Assembly (NCBI GenBank): GCA_964019335.1
Contig: OZ025668.1
Span: forward strand, 558,001 to 622,000
Length of the DNA stretch: 64,000 bases
Reading direction: 5' to 3'
DNA from: Diplonema japonicum
Lineage: Eukaryota > Protista > Euglenozoa: Diplonemea
Shown piece by piece: positions 13,292 through 25,612 of the stretch (positions are counted from its first letter, which is position 1; each line of letters opens with the position of its first letter). The notes under the pieces were generated by a model, which searched no databases, was not told where the DNA came from, and saw nothing but the letters and a program-made list of their open reading frames with translations. A program made the position numbers and the translations under genes.

Positions 13292-14841
13292 GGCATCGTT
13301 TCAAAACCCCCCCCCCAAAAAAATGAGGCCAATTGACACTTTCAATATTTCTCTAAGTACTTTTTTCCAAAGAAAAAAAATTCTACAACTTTCCCGGCCC
13401 AGGTTAGGAAAAAAAACACCCCAGAAAATTGGAAACTGAGTACTAGTACCCAAAAAATTCAGTCCTAGGGGTAAAAATGGGTTTTTTACTTTGCACAAAT
13501 TCAGTAAAAGAGGGGGTGACAAAAATGGATGCTTTTAAACTTGCAGTTGAGAAGCTAGGGGTAAAAAAAAATGGTATTCGGACCGAGAAAGGGTAAATGG
13601 GAACACCTTGGCGATCAGGACACTCGGCACAGAGGTTCTTCAGGAGCTCAGTGGCAACGACTGTGCTGCACTAGTTTGTGACGTAGTGTGTAAGGGGGAA
13701 CTTTTAGCGGCACTTCTGCTATCATTTTCTGGTAGCCAACAAGACACCACACGGCGCCAATTGGTCAGAGGCATGAGGCTTGACCACATCACACATGATG
13801 AAATAAGGGCAGCTGGCCTTACTGTTGGAAAAGACTTGTTCCACAGTAGCATGGTCACAGAAAAAAATAAAGAAAGAAATAGAGTGGATACTCTGGACTG
13901 ACGGTGGGTGTCACTTTCGTGCAAAGGAATTTTGCTACTTTGTTCTTTTTGGTCTTCGTTATGTCTATCCTGATCGGACGTTTTCCCTGTGGTTTCTGGG
14001 GGAGAAACACGGCAAAAACAGCAGGGACAGCCACTTTGGTGTGCTCTCTCGTGTTTGGCTTTGGGTGCCTCGTTCCACAACAATTAAAACTGTGGAACAA
14101 ATAGCTAACATCATCAACGATACAGTGCGCCGTGCATGTAGTTTCTTTGGCCCGTACAAAAAGAAAATTCTTGAGTTTCCGGATTTTACAGGTGCATATG
14201 AGCTCAGGAGCACACCGGAGGGTGTATTTGCTACGCGTCCACGAGCTAGAAAGAACTAAAGTACATCATCAAAGAACTCGATGCAGACAGGGCAGAGAAA
14301 AGGCCCCCAGTCTATGAATCTTGTGATGAGTATGAGGACGTTCCTGATAGCCTTCCCGGACTTGAAAAACGAGAAAGAATAGTAACCAAATTACGAAAAT
14401 ACTTGACACCCCATGACAAGCCCAAAGCACCAAGTACACCTACGAATGAGCCTCTTAAAACCCCCCCAAAATGCGGTAGAAGGCCTAATAGTATGAAAAA
14501 GAAACGAGGTCGCCCACTCAGCAGCAGCACATCTCAGCCGCAGAAGACTAGGAAATGAAGGTTTCCACTTCCAACATCATTTCAGCCACCTTCTAGTAGT
14601 GAGTTCCGCTATTTCTTGCTATTGAAAGCATACTCTCTGACTTTACCAAAACCACTAAAACCCGATTTTGACCCTAAAACTGAATTTTTCATACTCTTGA
14701 GCGATTTCTGACCCGGGTTCTTTCCTAATATGGGCCGGGAAATATGGAGAAATTTTTTTAAAGGGGATGGCATGCCCAAAGATGCAACGAAAGTGTCAAT
14801 TGGCCTCATTTTTGGGGGGGGGGGGGTTTTGAAATCGACCC
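13292..14841 (+). mobile_element. Defective DNA transposon, Sola-like, ~50-bp TIRs, ATAT flanks
   Basis: 13292-13343 is the imperfect reverse complement of 14789-14841. Internal frameshifted remnant WTDGGCHFRAKEF...FLGEKHGKNSRDSHFG resembles Sola-type DDD transposase motifs. Confidence 0.75.
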
Positions 14842-15731
14842 ATATATATATATATAGATTTCTTTCTTTTTTTTTGTTTTAGGCAAAAGTACGATATTTT
14901 CGATAATTTTACGAAAGGGAAAAAAAGGTGGGGGGAGGGGGGGATATTTGAAAAAGAGAGAGCGCAAATCACTCTCTGCAACTTAACTGAAGGGAGAAAG
15001 GAGACGAAAGGAAGAATTATAAAGAAGGGAAAAAGAAAAAAAAAAGTCACCTAAAAAAAGTTTTTTTTTTCTTTTCTAATTTTCTCAACAAGCCCAACCA
15101 AAGCTGAAAGAGGTACCAAGAAGATAGGGAAAAAAGGGGGTAGGGAGGTGACATGTGGTTACCCCATTTTTTATTTTTATTTTTTTTTTAATTTTTTTTG
15201 CCATTCCTCACTTTGTTTTTACCCCACCCTTTTTCCCTCCCTTGATGCTCCATCCTTTACACCTTTGGGAGGATACGTTTTCTGCAAAAAAAAAAAGCCC
15301 CCCCGCCCCCACTTTCACTGCTTGATGGAAACAAGTAAGTGGTAGTTCTTTCTATTCTTCTTTCCGGATTAACAACTGTTGTGATGCCAATACAACGTGA
15401 TTTTTCTCATTATATTTTCTTTTTCTTTCGTAGCTAGAACATGAAAATTCGAGTCCCGCCGATTACCCAAAAGAAGAGAAAACTGTGGGTTTAAAAAATA
15501 AAAAACTCCCCCCCCCTTCCCTTAAGAACAACAATGAGAGCACAAGAAGAAGAAAAAAGAAAGGAAAAATCTTCCTTTTTGTTCCCCAAGTGTAAGGGTG
15601 ACACAAAAAAGAAGGGAATAAAAAAAATCCAATCCCACTTTGAGGTCTGCCTCCTAGTGGCGTGAGTTTTTAACCATGCGAATGGGAAAAATAAAAAATA
15701 AAAAAATAAGAAACATTGTATTTTTTTTTAT

Positions 15732-17377
15732 CCCCTAAACGCCCGGAGCCTATCTACGGTACCCCCCCATTTTCGTTGTTGCTTTAAATACTCAAAAAAA
15801 GGGCAGCATGCAACCATAGGAAGGCGCAAGGAAAGGGTAAACGGTACTAAAATTTTCAATTCCAGGTGCCAGATTCAGATGAGAACACTTAACTATGTGT
15901 GTAAGAGGGGGGGTTGAGGGTACTTTTTATGTCCGATTTTGGTCTTGTCGTGGGGGGTCCGTGGAGTTATGGCTGGGCTAAAAAGGGCAGCATTCAGCCC
16001 TATTTGGTGCCCTGAACTCTAGGATTGAGGTCAGTCTGGAGACTTTTTGGGGCTGCGGGATGAAAAGCAACTTGTGAGTTTTTTTTCCAGCTGGGGTAGC
16101 ACGCAAGGGTAAAAAACACGTTTTGCATAAGGGGGTTTTGCAACAGGGGCACCACGTTTGCACCTTCTTCCCGCACCCAGGAACAGCACAGAGCACCCTC
16201 CTCACCTTCGTTCCGTTCATCATGGTCTCGGAGGTGTGAATTAGGGTCAAATCGAGACGTTTTGGGTATTTCTGAGTGAGGGAATCCTCATTGCTAGCGT
16301 GTTTGCGCTTGGGGGTCGGTGACGGTGTTGTCGGGGGTGTGTGCTATCGGTTTTTGGGGCATGGGTGAGAAGCTTGCCAACAAGTTCTTCTTTGAAGCTC
16401 GGGAAGCCATAATTTTTGCCACATTTCCTGCTCTTCTTTCCAGATTATGGAGGGGCTGGCAACACAGCTTTCCAGGACCCAATAAAAAACGACCATGGTC
16501 CACTTCCGGGTTTTCATATGCCGAACTCCAGTCCCTGGAGCTGAAAATGTTGAAATTTGCCAGGTAACAGTTTTATGAGTCGCATGTAGCGATTACCTTG
16601 ATGCCCACCGCGCCATGACTTTTATTGTTGTCGGGATAACACTGTCGTCAACAGACAACCACTTGCCAGGGGTCCGCACAGTCCTACACCGGTTGACAAT
16701 GATGTCAAGAACCTGCGCATGAGGTGCAGTTTCAGGCCTTCCAAATGTTTTCCAGGTTGTCAAAGGTGAGGTAGCGCTGTATGTCAACGAATCGGTTTGC
16801 TCATTTTCTCAAAAGCCGGATGGTTAAATTAGAATTTGTTGTCCAGTAGCTCTTCATGTTCGGTGCCGAGCGTAAACCCATTAACAGGACCAACCCAAGC
16901 CAAATTTTGTACTTTTTTTGAATCGAAACGACCGTTCGTGGAAGAAACTATGAGCTCAAGAACCGCGTGTGTAAAAAAAAAGATAAAAAACACCCTCCTC
17001 ATTGGCCGCTTCACCTAGAGGTGTCCTAAGCCCACCTTTTCACGGAAATGATATGTTTCGGGCCTTTGGGAGTATTTCTCCCATCCAAGCATCGTTTCCG
17101 GCCCCTCTTTGACCGCCTCATCGTCTTTTTCTTCTTTATCTGACCAGTCGGGGGAGACTCACGTTTTCGCTGCTATTTTGACCATCTGATTTCATTTTAA
17201 GCCAACCCTGCCGGTTTCAATTAAAACAAAACTTTTAACGCAAAATGTAGTTCCAAGACAAAATAAACCGCGCAACAATTGCCATATTTTGAAGTCCAGG
17301 GACCGTGTTCAAAAAAAAGTACTTAGCGAAAAAGCAAATTTTGTAAGGACAAAAACGTCCGCGCGGGCGTTTAGGGG
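15732..17377 (-). mobile_element. Defective piggyBac transposon, 14-bp TIR CCCCTAAACGCCCG, TSD TTAT
   Basis: Perfect TIRs at 15732-15745 and 17364-17377, TTAT on both sides. Broken ORF pieces FFTHAVLELIVSSTN, PGKWLSVDDSVIP and Cys-rich C-terminus CAVPGC..KVQTWCPCCKTPLCKTCF. Confidence 0.9.
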
Positions 17378-17446
17378 TTATACTTATAAACAAAACAGAT
17401 CAAAAAAAATTCCCTCTCTGGAGTGACCCCACAATAATTTGGGGGT

Positions 17447-17494
<48 letters not shown>

Positions 17495-18510
17495 TTTTTA
17501 CTTTTAATTCCGCAAAGTTACATGAGGAAATTTCTAAAGAGCCATAAAAATTAGAAATCACTTTGCCATTCACAGTAAATGCAAGAAGAATAAATGCAAA
17601 GTAATAGGCCGAATTTGGCTTAAAAAAGTGCCGTAAATGCAAAGTAAAATCTGATTTTTACTCTGAGCAATTTTCGGGCTTTTTCGGTATTCGTCTTCAT
17701 TTTTTGCATCTGGTGGCCGCTAGCACCGCCGTAGGTCAGTGGTCAGGACCCTCGGCCAGGGTTTCAGGGGTCGAGGGTTCAAGTCTCGAGGGACCGTTTT
17801 TTTGACCCCGATTTTATCGAAAAAGTTCGAGGTCCTGGATTTGATCTGGCGTCTCCAGGAGACGAATGTTGCGCTTTTACAAACGTCACTCGACATATAA
17901 ATTAACTGGTTCGCAAAATATGAGACGTAACCCAACCTGCCCAAAACACAGCCAGGTATCCGAGGCAAAACACAGTCAGGCATCCGAGGCAAAAGAGGCA
18001 TAAACACACTTTACCAGGTTTCCGAGCCACCAAGCTCCACACCTGAGTCCGGCAAATGCCGAAAATTACACTGGCCATGCATACAGGCGTTCTTTTACAC
18101 GATACCTTGTTGATGAAGGAATCTGCTATTTTGGCTGGAAGTCAGACCTGATCAAGCCCCTGCACAAAACCAGCAGTTTCTGAAGAGCGATGATCAAGTG
18201 CCGACACAAATTACACAAAACCTACAGAATTCTGTCAATTTGACATCGCCTTCTCAGGCAATCAGGCTTAGTCTTGACATCAGTGTGAATATTTCGCAGA
18301 AGTGAACATAAAGGGTTCACAGTGTCCGAAATTTCCTCATTTAACTTTGCAAAAATTAAGTAAAATATCATACTAAATAAAAATCAGCCAGAATTTTTTT
18401 TTTTTCACTCGTTTTTTTGAATTTCACTCGCTTCGCTCGTGAAATTTTCAACTACTCGTGAAAAAAAAAAAATTCTTAGTAAAAATCAGGTAATCTGATT
18501 TTTATTTAGT
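17495..18510. mobile_element. Non-autonomous element with ~35-bp imperfect inverted repeats (17495-17534 / 18328-18365), internal short tandem repeats and an adjoining large hairpin
   Basis: 'aattccgcaaagttacatgaggaaatttc' versus 'gaaatttcctcatttaactttgcaaaaatt'; repeated 'ccgaggcaaaa' at 17960-17995; palindrome 18372-18510. Confidence 0.55.
17724..17802 (+). pseudogene. tRNA-like sequence (Pol III A and B boxes plus T-run), not a canonical tRNA
   Basis: TAGGTCAGTGG (A box), D-stem GGTC/GACC, GGTTCAAGTC (B box), followed by T7; acceptor and anticodon stems do not pair. Confidence 0.55.
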
Positions 18511-19404
18511 AAATAGTCATTTTTTTTTCCTCTTTCACCAAGCAAAATAATTCACGATGGGGAGAAAAAAGTGTGTTTGTAACACAGTCCACTATGAATG
18601 ACCTACCTTATGTCAAAAAAGGAACCAGGGGAGGGGGAGGGGGAAGCTATTCACAGCACAAATGTAGTATTTCTTTTCTTTCGTTTTTTTATTTTTTCCC
18701 TCTTCCCCCCCCCCCCCCCCCCCTCCCCTGTTGGTTGAAGCGTTGAACTAGATTTCTTTTTGCAGTATAAAAGAAGGGAAGAAAGGAGAAAAAAAAATAA
18801 TAAAAGAAGGAAGAATAAGAAAGAAGGAAAGAAGGAAGATCACGCACTTCAAAATGGAAAATGTGGAAAAAAAAAATAATTCTTTATGACTATATGTCTT
18901 TGTTGTTCGCACGAGCAAAAAAGGTTTTTAAAAAGCTGCGAAAATTTTTTGCTCGGCACAAGTTGCATATAGTTATAAAATCATTTTTTGAAAGATAAAT
19001 ATTTGTAACAAAAAAAAAAAAAAAGCCCAGACAACACCTGGTTTACAAGTTACATTGTATTCCCGTGCTTTTTCTGGCGACCTTTTTCTTCGTTTTTTCA
19101 CAAGAAAAGCCACTTTCAATTAAGAACATCATGATACCAACCCTGAAGGTCAAACCTATGAGTTGACCAATTTTTTCCTGTCCAAGGTAGTTTTGTAGCC
19201 GGGCTACACCCTCGGCTTTCACTCCTAATAAAGCTACCCCCCCCCCCCCCCCCCCCCCCAATCGGAAAAAAATTTTTTTCGGGTGGTGGCAGCATCATTT
19301 CTCTTTTTTTTTTCCCCGAGGGGTAATAATAGATAGCGGAAATTTTTTTTTTTTCTTCAGGAGAAGAGAAGACGCCCGTCAAAAGGCTGCAGTCCCTCCG
19401 TTGT

Positions 19405-19722
19405 CAGCGTACGCGTACGCAGCAAAATCTGAAAAAGTGCGTACGGCACAAAAATGGATGGAAGAGAGGGTGGGCGGCAGGCCTCATGCAAACACCTTTT
19501 ACACCCGATTCGTCTCTATCAGACGTCCTCTTCTTCATCAGGACCGGCCGGGCGCCCTGACCCAAAAGCCTCATGCCAGTAGGTTGCAAGAGACACAACA
19601 TCGCCTTAGATTTTTCTTGAAGACTTTCCAAAATGAATTGCCGTGCGCAGCAAATCTAAAAAAAAGTGCGTACGGCGTACGTTCGAAATACGCGTACGCA
19701 CGGCCGTACGCCGACCACGTAG
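19405..19722. repeat. CGTACG-rich degenerate element with internal direct repeat, possible DNA-transposon relic
   Basis: 'gcagcaaa(a)tct..aaaaagtgcgtacggc' occurs at 19418 and 19647; many CGTACG palindromes. Confidence 0.4.
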
Positions 19723-19862
19723 GCCAAGAGGGGGGGGGGGGGGGGGTGAAAACAACAAAAAGAGTAAAACTTGCAAGGAGTTTTTATAATGTTATTAAGC
19801 ACAGGAACCCCCCCCCCCCCCCCCAGTATTCTTTGAAAAAAGAAAGAATATGAAAAAAAAAA

Positions 19863-20260
19863 GAATATATGAGTTAAAGGAGGCCGGTGTTGGCGGCGCC
19901 CTGCACAAGAACTGTCTACTTGATTACAGGGGGCGCACCGCGGCCGAGTTGTAGCTTCTTCTGCGTTCCGCGTCGTGTCCTTAATGCGTGCGGTGTACAG
20001 CTCAACCCCAGCCGGTGCGTCCCGGGTAACCAAGATTCTGCGCTCGTGCAGTTTGCTACCTGTTCGTCACCCTGAGCATCTGCATGATGTTCTTCCACTC
20101 GGGCGCTACCGGTGATGACCGACGAGGAGGTCAACAGCGAACAACACATCTGATGTTTTTCTTATATTTTCATGTTATCCCACCACCAAAGAAAATGCCC
20201 AACAATGGTAGCAGCGGTGTACCCTCTGCTCCACCAAGGTGGAAGAAAAAAGAGAAGAAA
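19863..20260 (+). repeat. Dispersed repeat R1, full copy
   Basis: Near-identical to 2441-2840. Confidence 0.9.
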
Positions 20261-20571
20261 AAAAAAAGAGAGAGAGAAAAAAAAACAGAAAAAGGGGAAT
20301 AAAATACGGCATTATGTTGCTGTGCACACGTGCTAGGTTAACTTTGTTCCTTTTATATATTCTTTTTTTTTTTTAATACGGTGGAAATATATTTTGTAAG
20401 GACCTGCCGCGGGTCACTATAATATATCCATCCTGCTTTTGCTATTGACAGTTGATAGCCCATAATTTGGTTTTGGGTTTTTGGCCCACTTTCTCGGTCA
20501 CTCGGAGTGACTCAATTTCTGAACTATCAGATAAAATTACTTACTTTGCGCCAAAATATGGCCATCCCATT

Positions 20572-20642
20572 TACTCTCGAACCGTTTTTTTTGACCTCGG
20601 GCCCTGTGGGCCCTCGGCCAAAAAACCCACGATTCTCGAGTA
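20572..20642. other. Long hairpin with two TC/TC internal mismatches
   Basis: tactc-TC-gaa..ttttttt-gacc-TC-gggccc-tgt-gggccc-TC-ggcc-aaaaaa..ttc-TC-gagta. Confidence 0.7.
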
Positions 20643-21046
20643 TTTCCTTTTTTTCTCTTTCTTTTTTCTTTTCTTTCCCCTTCTCGGTGTGCTGTATGTA
20701 GAGTTCAAATAAGAAGGGGGGGGGGGGGGGGGGGGGGGTGTAAGGACTCTTTCTTTTTCTAGATATATCGCAGCATAGGTCATAGTTTCTTCTTTTTTTT
20801 CTTTTTTGTTTTGTTCAAATATAAATCCCCCTCTTTACTCATAGAACAAAAAAAAACACGAACAAGAAAAAAAGATGTTTTTGAAGGGAACCTTTAAAAA
20901 ACAAAAAGACTTCGTCTTACACTGCTCACTGTAAAATCAAAATCAAAAAATATAATGTTTACATTTTAGGGAGAAAGAGAAGGGGGGGGGGGGGGGGGGT
21001 CATTCCCCCCCCTTTCTTATGATAAAAAAAAAAGATGATATTTTGT

Positions 21047-21553
21047 CTAACCACGCCCTGCAGGAAGGGCAACAGGGTTGGGAACACCCAGGAACCCATG
21101 TGACATGAGGTGCGAGATAAAAGTAACAAAAGGAGGAGGCGGGCTTGGAGCACTCTTGAGACCCTTAAGAAGCAATACTTTGAAGTATGCCAAGTTGACA
21201 ATACACATCGGATCACAAGTCTCGCTCCCATAAATCTTCAGCAACATATCAGCGGCAGCAAAGGGGTCAACTGCTCCCCGGGACAAATGGGCCAGGAGCT
21301 CTTGTGTGAAGGCCATTGTACCTTGTGTGGTGATGAGCTTCTCCATCACGCACTCCGCATCAGCTTCACGCAGCATGTCGCACACGTCTCTAGGACACTT
21401 CCCTAGCATAGCGATCAACAACACCCCCGCTACACAGGACTGCACTGTCGCACTCCTCTTCTTCTTCCCGGGCCTCCTCTTCCTCAGCTTCTTCCCATTC
21501 TTCCCAAGCCTCGCTTCTGGTACCACCGGAACCGTCTCTTCTGTGACAGTCAT
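21047..21553 (-). CDS. Hypothetical protein (168 aa, basic NLS-like stretch)
   Basis: Coding-like composition; ATG follows an A-rich leader; no recognised domain. Confidence 0.65.
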   Translation of the reverse strand: MTVTEETVPVVPEARLGKNGKKLRKRRPGKKKRSATVQSCVAGVLLIAMLGKCPRDVCDMLREADAECVMEKLITTQGTMAFTQELLAHLSRGAVDPFAAADMLLKIYGSETCDPMCIVNLAYFKVLLLKGLKSAPSPPPPFVTFISHLMSHGFLGVPNPVALPAGRG

Positions 21554-21780
21554 TTTTTTTTCTCTTTTTTTTTTTCCCTTTCTCTCCGTGTTGCATGTGA
21601 GGGGGGGTAAAAAAAAAGGGGGGGCAAAGAGGAATATGAATGTGAGGTGTGCTTGCAACAACTTCAATTGTTTCTCTTCGAGAACCAGGGGAAGAAGAAA
21701 AAAAAGGGGGGGGGGGAAGGGGGATAAATAAAATGGGAAAAAAAAAAAAAATGAAAAAAAAAAAGCTCTCTTCTCTCAAC

Positions 21781-21964
21781 CTAAATAGGGAATGGCACGT
21801 CTACAGGCGGTTCAGCTGGAGCCTCCTCAGACTCGTTGACAGCGGCAGGTTCGGTCGAATCAGAAGGGTCAACGGCGATCAGAAGGGTTCGAAACCGCTC
21901 GTTCTTCTTCTCGGGGAGGATGTAGAAGGGTTGGTGCAGCTTCGCTAGGGCACGAAGGATTTGC

Positions 21965-22001
<37 letters not shown>

Positions 22002-24043
22002 CCTTCATACCATTTGCGATCTGTTACCTGCAATAGTTTGGAAAGCCTCACCACCATCAATGTGTTTCTTTAACATGTTCACGACACCCTGCACCCCGTC
22101 TCCATATCGTATCTGTTTCATCTTGCCCCTCGTCATAGTCGTAGCCAATGGTGTAGGGCTCACTTTCTTTATTTTAAAGCTCAACCCGAGACCATGCGGA
22201 GTCGTGCTTATCAGAAGTACACATTTTTCAATATTCGCCGTGACGACGCTGGAGAGGACCAGCAGGGCACCGTGAAGCCTTTCCATGTCCTTCAGCACAT
22301 ATGTGAACTCAGAGAGGGACCTGAGTGCACGCAGAAGGATGTCCTCCGATCCCTTCTTGTGGTCGATCACCTCTGGGACTACCAGCTTCTCCACCATGTA
22401 CTCCACGAAAAACCTGTCAAGCTGCGGTGTCGACATTTTATCGTTCCCCGCTGTGAACCCTATCTCCTTAGGTCGCGAGTAGAAGGAGACAGGGACCTGT
22501 TCAGATAGTGTGGACAGAGCTTCCAAGGTAACTGGGACACCCTGTGTTGTTATGTGGTGGTGGGGTGTTAGAAGTACCTGTAATGTGGATCTTAGGTGCA
22601 CCAACCTCCCGCCCTCCACTCCGTGTTTGATCTGGTCCATCACTCTCGCTACTGTAAGGTTTCCCAGCCCGACGGTCACCTTGACCGCGGTCTGTTCCTT
22701 TGGCACCTCTCTTGTTAATGTAAAGACATATGACCCCGAGCTCAACGTGTCGTCGTCCTTTGTTTGTTGTTTTCTTGCTGTTGTTGCTTGCACTAATACC
22801 TGAACCATGTCCAGCACCATTGTCAGTGGTATCCTGTCCTGTTCTAGGAAGTCGGTCGCGGTTTCGCATGCCTTGGCAGCCGCGCGGATCGCTTCGTGCG
22901 AGTCAGCTGAATTTGAAATGAATCAAAAACACACAAAAGCAAGGACCATACCCGATGCGATCACCTTAACCACCTTCGAGCCATTCTCGTCCTTGAAAAC
23001 ATGGCGGAGGAACCCAGCCAGCTTGGAGGGTCGCGTGTACTTAGAGACGAAGACAACCTTCGGTGCCCCCGGGAGGGGGAGGATCTTCAAGTGGATGGCG
23101 GTGTACTCTCCTTCACTAAGGGGGGTTGGTGGTTTAATTTTATTGTAGAACCGATAAAAAGTTCAAACGGAAAATTTGCCATCTAGTAGCATTCATATCG
23201 GTCATTGGGACCCAGTGGTGTCATGGAGAAATCCCTTGGAACATCCGTCTTGTTTCTACTATTTACCCCTTCCCCCCGATGCAAAAAAATAGGCTGCTGT
23301 TTTCCGAATAATGCTAAATCCAGAGAGCGTTTGGTGTGCTCGTATCTATGTCTATGGCACACGGACATTATCGGTTTTACAGTATTTTTTTTTTTTTTTT
23401 TCTTTTTTTTTTTGTTCGTCATTTCATACTCATTCTTTACAAGGATAGGGAGGAACTCAGTGTACTTGTGCAGGGAAGAGATGGCGACAAGTGCCTTCTG
23501 AACGGACTCAGGCCCTGCAACAGAGAGAACACAGGTTTGGCCCAATTTTTGAGCGGACTCGGCGACCTGTGCGATCGCAGTCTGGTGAGATGACGCGCCG
23601 ACCCTGTTGGGAGCAACACTGTGATGAGAGAGGTCTGCGGGGGGGCGGAGTTGGATGAAAATAGAAAAGTAGCTTGCCGGCGAACCGCGGTCCGTTACCG
23701 TTTCGGATTTGCTAGCCTTGCAGTGGAGAAGCCCCTCTTCGTTTAGGAGTTCCTGTGTCACTGCCAGGGCTTTGATTATCTGGTTGAGCCCTGTCATCCC
23801 TATGGTGGTCATGGTCAGTGGCTCCTTGCTCTCTCGTAGCCGTGATGTTAGCCACCCGCTCAAACTTGCTGTCTTTGTGTCTGCCCGAACTCTGATTATA
23901 TTTGCATCGCTTTGTTCACCCCTTGCACGAATAGAAAACTCAGTTGCACATCTCAACTGGACTCCACCAACCCACCCAGGGCCGGTGTGGAACCCTCCTT
24001 TTACCCGCCCGGCACTCCGTAGCCTCGTAAATGCTCGCTTCAT
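21781..24043 (-). CDS. Protein of tandem SpoVS-like (Alba-fold) repeats with mitochondrial-type presequence; introns 23116-23429, 22907-22951, 22758-22799, 22542-22577, 21967-22010
   Basis: IIRVRADTKTASLSGWL..TTIGMTGLNQIIKALAV and FLPILVKNDEGEYTAIHLKI match the SpoVS pattern; the splices restore one frame; Arg-rich, acid-free N-terminus. Confidence 0.75.
23143..23382. mobile_element. MITE (pogo/Tc1-mariner-like) inside an intron
   Basis: TA|ttgtagaaccgataa ... ttatcggttttacag|TA: ~15-bp imperfect TIR with TA on both sides. Confidence 0.7.
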
Positions 24044-24300
24044 GGCTCTGTACGAGAGGTCTTTTGGAAGATCAGTAGAAGAAAGAAAAAGAAGAATAAA
24101 GGAGGATAAGACAGAAAAAAAAAAAAAAAAAAAATAGAACAGAATAATATAAAAAAAAAAGAAAATAATGAAAAAATATTGGTTTGAAACATGTGTGGAA
24201 GGGAAGTAATGTGAATGAGTAATGTCATTTTTTTTTTTTTTATATTATTATTATTATTTTTTTTTTTTTCGCCCTTCATTATTTCTTCCCTACCCACAAA

Positions 24301-24891
24301 TCATGAGAACTGCTCAATTAACCGGCTAGACTCGAGAAGGAAAGTGTCGACATTTGTTGGAGGGAAGTCTTGCAGAAGCTGCATGTTGCTAGAAAAGTCA
24401 CCCGAAAGGAGGTCCGCACGTATACTGATTACCTGTAATGTGATGTGATGTAATGTGATATGTGATTCTAAAATACCATCGCAGCGGCTGCAAAGTAAAC
24501 CCTGGTGTTGACCTGGCCAACGTCAGAGAAGAGGAAATCCCATATACGAAGCACATCGGGTACAATGAATTCTTGGGAGAGAAGTAAGGTGATCCACCGA
24601 AACGCGTAAAAAGCGGGTTTTAAATTCTGCTCCTCTAGATGCCCGCAGAGCTCAGGGTCGCAGTTGTGCAAAACCTCCACAAAGTGGTTGAGACTGCCTT
24701 GGATCCCGAGCTCATCTCGGTCCAGTGCCCGGCAGAAGTTATCGCCAAGATGGGAGATCAACGTACTGAAACAGAAAAATGCATCAGCCTCCGCTTCCTC
24801 AATTGTCAAGCTGGTCCCTTCTAGTTTGGAGTTGGCGAAGGTGTAGAAAAGATGCCCCGAAAGTTCGTTCATACCCTGCAATATATATATT

Positions 24892-24926
<35 letters not shown>

Positions 24927-25612
24927 TATGATACCTGAACGTAATTCAACCCTGGGTTCAGCTTAACGAATACAAAGAGAAGCCTTCTAAGATGTTGTTG
25001 ATTTCTCGTGAAAGCCGTGCCGGTGTACGTTTCCATCTTTGCCATGAGGTTCGTACCGTCAGGGTCACCATGGTTGAAGAAGTGGAGAGACGGCATTGTT
25101 CGGGGGATGTCAACATCCACAGTTGACAGGACTCTTTGATTCTGCTGGTATTGTGCCCAAAGTGAATCGGATTCGAGGTTTAGAGGGTGGTCCTTGTGGT
25201 CCCCGCCTGCTTCTAGACGTTCCATGACAGTGTCGGGGATGACAATGAGTTCGTCGCAAAAGTCTTTGTATTGTTTTCTTTTTTCTTTCAACACTGCGTC
25301 CCATTCGCTTCTGTCGTGCGGCAAGTATCCCAACAGTAGCTTCCAACACGCGCCTCTGAGGTCGTCAGGGATCCCGTCCTCGGCAAGTTGCCGGAGAATC
25401 TTCAGATCCACCGTTCCTTTCAGGGCATCTTCGAACATCTCTCGTCTATTTTTTGTCTCGACCGGTTTTTTCTTGTTCCCTGGTTCCGTCCGTGTTGGAG
25501 CCAGTGGTGGCGGCGCGCCTCTGACATCCCTCCACCCTGAACCCCCAGGAGCACCTATAATACCCCCATGTGGTGCTGCCGTTGTGAATTTTTTCTTGAA
25601 ACTTTCCAACAT
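24301..25612 (-). CDS. TBC1D13: TBC-domain Rab-GAP (TBC1D13-like); introns 24876-24934 and 24433-24476
   Basis: GIPDDLRGACWKLLLGYLP, DHPL, DIPRT (Arg finger), YVQGMNE (Gln finger, created by the splice), AEADAFFCF, YAFRWITLLLSQEF, LRIWD. Confidence 0.9.

Noticed and set aside
17724-17802. Functional tRNA gene
   Set aside because: Acceptor and anticodon stems are unpaired
23352-23429. Alternative 78-nt intron ending the SpoVS-like gene at 23183
   Set aside because: It would translate a MITE and stop early; the 314-nt intron restores the SpoVS C-terminal motif
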